From a bacterium (GTDB lineage Bacteria > Bacteroidota > Ignavibacteria > UBA10030), in contig JAZDJN010000087.1 in the NCBI GenBank assembly GCA_043803945.1, forward strand, positions 160,001-224,000: 64,000 bases of DNA, in the 5' to 3' direction. Numbering within the stretch: position 1 is the stretch's first letter; each line of letters starts with the position of its first letter. Under the pieces are notes generated by a model that ran no database searches, was not told where the DNA came from, and saw nothing but the letters and a program-made list of their open reading frames with translations. Position numbers and translations under genes: made by a program. Positions 59,041-64,000 of the stretch are shown here, piece after piece.

Positions 59041-59376
59041 TTATGGATTTGGATTTTTCGGTATCAAGTGTTCCGGTACCTGTACAGCAACAACTTCACC
59101 CCGTGCACAGAGTACGCCCTTTGCAGAGACCGTCACGCTGGTAATAACTTTTCGCCCCCTCACCTCTTTAACGATGCCCCGGACTTCAAGGGGTACACCG
59201 AGGGGAGTCGGCTTGAGATAATCGACATGCAATGAAGCAGTCAGAAATCGCAACGCCGGAAGTGAATCCATCGCGCGTCCCTCGGAGCGATAGGTCGCCG
59301 CTGCGGCTGTTCCCGTTCCATGGCAATCGATGATCGATGCAATGAATCCGCCGTAGACAAAACCGGGAATTGCCAT
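59041..59376 (-). pseudogene. PaaI family thioesterase, N-terminally truncated
   Basis: AIPGFVYGG.IASIIDCHG and TASLHVDYLKPTP present; the usual N-terminal C-x-G-C-G segment is absent. Confidence 0.65.
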
Positions 59377-59483
59377 AAGGAAATTTGTGTGGCTCTTGAC
59401 GATGAGGAAGAGTTTCAACATCTTGCATCACAATTCCTGTTGAACGTATCTGCTGTCGGCCTTCTGTCACTACGGAGAGAAGC

Positions 59484-61058
59484 ATGGTTAACGCTGTCTC
59501 ATTCAAGGTCATTGGCTTCTGGTTGGGTCTCATGCTGTTCATACTGCTTTTAGTTCTTCCAACCTTTTCCGTGTTTACCAATGAAGCGCTTACTCTGCTC
59601 GGGAACAGCACCCTCGAAGTACCGCCAGAACAACTCGCAGGCTCCATCCAGATTGTGTTTGCATTGTTTCTTCTCATGGTAATTTGGTGGATCACTGAAG
59701 CCGTACCCTTGCCGGTGACCGCATTATTACCGCCGGTCGTGTTGCCTATATTTCATGTTGTAGGCGTTCAGGGAGCGGCACCATTTGAGTATACTGCAAA
59801 AAATGTCCTTGTCAATTACGCAAATCCCGTCATCTATCTCTTCCTGGGAGGATTTCTCCTCGCTGCCGCAATGCAAAAGTGGCGGCTTGATCGCCGCATG
59901 ACACTTGCCTTGCTCACGCGCCGCAATCTCGCTCAGAGCCCTAAAGCGATTCTCCTTGGCATCATGTCGGTTACAGCGTTCATTTCAATGTGGATTTCAA
60001 ACACTGCCACCGCTGCGATGATGCTTCCTCTCGGAATCGGTATATTACACCTCCTTCGCACGCAGCCGGGCGAGAGCCGTTTCGGTACAGCATTGATGTT
60101 GGGCATTGCATGGGCGGCATCCATCGGCGGTGTCGGAACAATCATCGGCACACCTCCGAACGGCATTGCCCTTGGGATTTTGAATTCCTTCTTCGCCAAC
60201 GACCCCAACTATCACCGGATTACGTTCCTCGATTGGATGACGTTTGGAGTTCCTTTTGTCCTCTGTATGATCCCTGTTGCATGGCGGCTTCTTCTGCTTT
60301 TGCATCCACCGGAGATTACGGTGATTCATGGCGGCAAAGAGCGGTTGTTGCAGGAACGATCATTGCTTGGTGCACTCACAAGAGAAGAGAAACTGGTTAT
60401 TGGTGTGTTTCTGCTCGCTGTGGTACTCTGGGTCTCCAATCCATTCTGGAATTCTCTCCTGCCATCGGCAATTGTATATCGCATCGCCTGGATCGATGAG
60501 TATCACATCGGATTGTTTGTCGGGATTCTCTGTTTTCTGATTCCCGTAAACATGCGCAATGGAGCGATGCTCTTAAGCTGGAGTGACACAAAATTTGTCG
60601 ATTGGGGGACACTGATTCTGTTCGGCGGCGGGATCGCGCTCTCCGATGCAATGTTTAAAACAGGACTCGCCTCATGGATTGCGCACTCATTTATTGCTTT
60701 GCTTGGAACACCTTCAACGTTTATCCTCGTCGTGGGTGTGGTCCTTCTTGTAGACTTCCTCACAGAAGTAACATCCAACACAGCAGTCACATCCATGATG
60801 GTACCGATTGTAATCTCTATTAGTATCTCGACAGGCGGAAATGCCGTGACATTATCGATTGCTGCCGCCGTCGCTGCTTCAATGGCTTTTATGCTGCCGG
60901 TCGCCACTCCGCCGAATGCCCTGGTGTATGGCACGGGCTACGTTCGGCTGAAAGATATGGTGAAGTCCGGTTTTTGGCTCGATATCCTCGGTTGGTGTGT
61001 AACAGTGGGAATTCTTTATATCGTTGGAGATTGGATCTTTGGTGTTTTAGATTTTTAG
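59484..61058 (+). CDS. SLC13/DASS family sodium:dicarboxylate/sulfate symporter
   Basis: WITEAVPLPVTALLP, SMWISNTAT, IGTPPN, TEVTSNTA, FMLPVATPPNA. Confidence 0.93.
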   Translation: MVNAVSFKVIGFWLGLMLFILLLVLPTFSVFTNEALTLLGNSTLEVPPEQLAGSIQIVFALFLLMVIWWITEAVPLPVTALLPPVVLPIFHVVGVQGAAPFEYTAKNVLVNYANPVIYLFLGGFLLAAAMQKWRLDRRMTLALLTRRNLAQSPKAILLGIMSVTAFISMWISNTATAAMMLPLGIGILHLLRTQPGESRFGTALMLGIAWAASIGGVGTIIGTPPNGIALGILNSFFANDPNYHRITFLDWMTFGVPFVLCMIPVAWRLLLLLHPPEITVIHGGKERLLQERSLLGALTREEKLVIGVFLLAVVLWVSNPFWNSLLPSAIVYRIAWIDEYHIGLFVGILCFLIPVNMRNGAMLLSWSDTKFVDWGTLILFGGGIALSDAMFKTGLASWIAHSFIALLGTPSTFILVVGVVLLVDFLTEVTSNTAVTSMMVPIVISISISTGGNAVTLSIAAAVAASMAFMLPVATPPNALVYGTGYVRLKDMVKSGFWLDILGWCVTVGILYIVGDWIFGVLDF

Positions 61059-61234
61059 TAACTGCACAACCTAAAAAGTATTTTTTTACCCACCTCTGCC
61101 CGACTGCTGATGCAATCAAGCAGGCGGGGATGGCACACTGATAATCACCGAGAGAATTACCTAGTGTGACATCCTGTTCGAAGCACTATCATATAAAATA
61201 ATTATCTGTTCTATAATAAGAACGAGGCAACACT

Positions 61235-62332
61235 ATGGGATTTACATGTGGTATTGTTGGTCTGCCGAATGTCGGCAAGTCCACCCTCTTCAACGCAATT
61301 ACGGCTGCACAGGCTCATGTTGCAAACTATCCTTTCTGCACGATTGACCCCAATATGGGTGTGGTGGCTGTGCCTGATCGACGGCTGGAACGGTTAACGG
61401 AAATTTTTAAACCAGCGACAACAATCCCGACAACAATCGAATTTCTCGACATCGCCGGGCTCGTCAAGGGGGCCAGTAAAGGTGAAGGCCTGGGCAATCA
61501 ATTTCTTTCCCATATTCGTACGGTCGACGCCATTGCTCATATTGTCCGCTGTTTCGATGATGCCAATGTTGTTCATGTGGATGGCAGTATCAACCCTCGC
61601 CGCGATATTGAAGTTGTTGAGACAGAGTTGATTTTAAAAGACCTGGAGACGGTGGAGAAGAAGTTTTCAGAAGCCGAAAAGCATGTTCGTACCGGAGAAA
61701 AGAAGTTCAAGGCAGAGGCAGATTTTTATACCCGTGTTAAGCATCACCTTGCCGAAGGGCGGCTGGCCCGCTATCTGACGGTAACACATGATGAGGAACT
61801 TCCCTGGCTGCGCGACCTCCACCTTCTGACCAACAAACCTGTTTTGTATGTGTGTAACATTCACGAGCAGGACATTGGAAAAGAGATTGCCCCGGTGCAG
61901 GAGGTTCGGACTGTCGCGGCCAAAGAGAACGCTCAAGTGGCAATCATCAGCGCCGAGGTTGAGGCAGAGATTGCCCAACTCCCCGTCGAAGAACGCGAGG
62001 GATTTCTTGAGGGGCTTGGCTTGGCCGAATCGGGATTAACCAGGCTCATTCACAACGGTTACACATTGCTGCAGCTTATCACCTTCTTCTCCGTCAATCC
62101 CAAAGAGCTCCATGCCTGGACGGTTCGGAAAGGAACACATGCACCGGAGGCAGCGGGTGTCATCCACACAGATTTTCAAAAAGGATTCATCAAAGTTGAG
62201 GTAATGAAGCAAGCCGACCTCGATCGATTCGGCTCAGAGCATGCTCTCCGGGAGCATGGCCTTCTGCATATTCATGGGAAGGAATATGTTATCGAAGATG
62301 GCGACGTAACGCTGTTCCGGTTCCACGTGTAG
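61235..62332 (+). CDS. ychF: Redox-regulated ATPase YchF
   Basis: GIVGLPNVGKSTLFNA, ANYPFCTI, DIAGLVKGASKGEGLGNQFL, IHTDF.KGFI. Confidence 0.98.
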   Translation: MGFTCGIVGLPNVGKSTLFNAITAAQAHVANYPFCTIDPNMGVVAVPDRRLERLTEIFKPATTIPTTIEFLDIAGLVKGASKGEGLGNQFLSHIRTVDAIAHIVRCFDDANVVHVDGSINPRRDIEVVETELILKDLETVEKKFSEAEKHVRTGEKKFKAEADFYTRVKHHLAEGRLARYLTVTHDEELPWLRDLHLLTNKPVLYVCNIHEQDIGKEIAPVQEVRTVAAKENAQVAIISAEVEAEIAQLPVEEREGFLEGLGLAESGLTRLIHNGYTLLQLITFFSVNPKELHAWTVRKGTHAPEAAGVIHTDFQKGFIKVEVMKQADLDRFGSEHALREHGLLHIHGKEYVIEDGDVTLFRFHV

Positions 62333-62335
62333 CGA

Positions 62336-63310
62336 TCAATGCGGCGGCGGAGTTCTGTGTTCCCCCGGCCATTGACGATCGCTCCGGCGTTTCTTCGTTC
62401 TTCTGATATTTCTGACGACTCGGTTCACCACGAAGCGTGCCGGTGAAATAAGGATACTGAGTGCCTGGGTCAGGCCGGCATACACATCGATACTCCTGAT
62501 CGGATTCAGAATGCCAATGACTCGCATCAGAGGCGCCGACTGAGGCTCCTGAACCCGTTTCAGAAAATAAAATGTTACGATCCTCAGAAAAATTACCACA
62601 AGAAAAAGAACATGAAAGTGTTTCCACTCGAACGGTCCAACCGTCAACGACCAATTTAAACATCCAACGGCGATAGCGCCTCCGATCAAAGGAGCAATTG
62701 TTGCCGCAATCCCCACCATCGTTCCATCGACGGTAATGTAGTTTGTCTTCCGATCGGCCGGAGCAATTTTGTAGATGAGGTTTGGAATTGCCAGGTTGTT
62801 TCCCGCATCGAAGACGCCGAATGCATGAATAATACTATAGAAATTATGGTAAAAAGAATAAGAAAAAACCAGATGCGGTATGACGCGAAGGGTTGAACGG
62901 TGATGAAGACTGTGGCACAGATCGGAATCCAGAGAAGCCGCGAGAGGGCCGCGTAGCGGACGGCAATTTCTTTTCGTGTGCCGCGCCGTTCAATCATGCG
63001 ATAGGCCCGCATCTGGAAGAGGTGTGCCCCGGATTGAATCGCGGCAATGATGCCGATAACGAAATCATTGGCACCAAGTGAGAGTGCAAATCCGGTGAGG
63101 ATTACTCCACCAATGAACACCGCCATGATCCCCGAAAAGGCCCCCTCCGCGACAGCATATTGCATGCTCCGGTGTACCTCCTCCGGCACCTGTGTTTCAA
63201 CACGGCGGATATTAAAATGAAACGGAGAAAAATTCTTCAAGAGGGCAATAAATGCTCTGCCTTCGCTTTCCGGCGCAGGTTGATGCGGCAGAGGTTGAGG
63301 GGTGCTGTTC
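62336..63310 (-). pseudogene. MFS transporter with internal deletion and frameshift near 62840
   Basis: N-terminal EGAFS...GFALSLGA TMs 1-4 are joined out of frame to FDAGNNLA..NLIYKIAP...Y......VGIAATIAPLIGG (late MFS helices); the middle TMs are missing. Confidence 0.7.
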
Positions 63311-63313
63311 ATG

Positions 63314-64000
63314 CTAAGGCTTCTTGGATACTTTCAATTGTTGTAGCGCCTTTAACCGGTATTGATCTTCAATAAGTGCCCCATAAAGATCCGGTCGGCG
63401 GGAGGCCTGAATGGCAAGTGTTCTATCGTAATGCTGGTTAAAGAAAAACGATGTCCGGCGTTTCTCATCCAGATCAATTTCACGGATGATTGAGCCGATC
63501 GATCGTCCCATATCGGCAAGAATTATTCCATCCCGCCCGACAACACCGCTGCGGCCCAGCATCATTCCCTGCCGCCAAACACCCGGAGGATACCCATAGC
63601 ATGCCGAGACCAGGTACAATCCTGTATCGATCGCACGGCTGCGATAGCGGATCTCCCATTCCACTTCTCCCCAACCGGCCTGCACATGTGGAAAGAGCAG
63701 CAGGTCCGCGCCCTTCAACATCAACACCTGCGCAACTTCGGGATATTCAATATCCATACATGTCATAATGCCGACTGTACCAAAGTCCAGCCTGACCGGC
63801 TGCAGCAGTGCGCCCGGGAGAACTCCCAGTTCTTGTTCTGGCATTGTAGGATGGGCCTTTTGATAACAATCGACAATTTCACCTTGACGATTCAGGAGAA
63901 GGACATAGCTTGAGAGCGCCCCTTTCCATCTCGCAAACATTGGTAGTGCAATATTCATTTTGAATCGCTTTGCGAGCATAGCCACCTGGCGTGTCCGCGG
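63314..64000 (-). CDS. Carbon-nitrogen hydrolase (nitrilase) family protein, 5'-partial
   Basis: YQKAHP, GIMTCMDIEYPE, GADLLLFP, RSRAID, RRPDLY; runs off the window edge. Confidence 0.85.
   Translation of the reverse strand, partial: PRTRQVAMLAKRFKMNIALPMFARWKGALSSYVLLLNRQGEIVDCYQKAHPTMPEQELGVLPGALLQPVRLDFGTVGIMTCMDIEYPEVAQVLMLKGADLLLFPHVQAGWGEVEWEIRYRSRAIDTGLYLVSACYGYPPGVWRQGMMLGRSGVVGRDGIILADMGRSIGSIIREIDLDEKRRTSFFFNQHYDRTLAIQASRRPDLYGALIEDQYRLKALQQLKVSKKP

Overview
Bacterial chromosomal window of about 48% GC. Gene content (TonB receptor, lipoproteins, argCJB-R-G layout, REP-type palindromes) suggests a Bacteroidota/Ignavibacteria-like organism; this is an inference. Core genes include an arginine operon with tandem ARG boxes, argH, ychF, peptidases, transporters and an ECF/anti-sigma pair. 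A defence-rich segment of about 16 kb lies between argG and argH. It holds AbiE with a frameshifted toxin, an hsdM stub, and a type I-E CRISPR-Cas locus with 10 repeats and 9 spacers. In that locus cas1 and cas2 are collapsed into one fused remnant, and a translationally coupled sigma-like / HTH-like / ImmA-IrrE protease triad sits directly upstream of cas3. The main signal is one the ORF track misses: three genes from two unrelated families each carry one in-frame TGA in the same context (GGY-GGC-TGA-GG, Gly-Gly-Gly-UGA-Gly). They are a BNR/Asp-box propeller protein and two tandem CHASE2-like membrane paralogs. In both paralogs the UGA is codon 42, within a C-x-G-G-G-U motif, followed by conserved coding sequence and a hairpin. 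This points to undescribed selenoproteins or another programmed UGA read-through. No rRNA, tRNA or intact IS was recognised.
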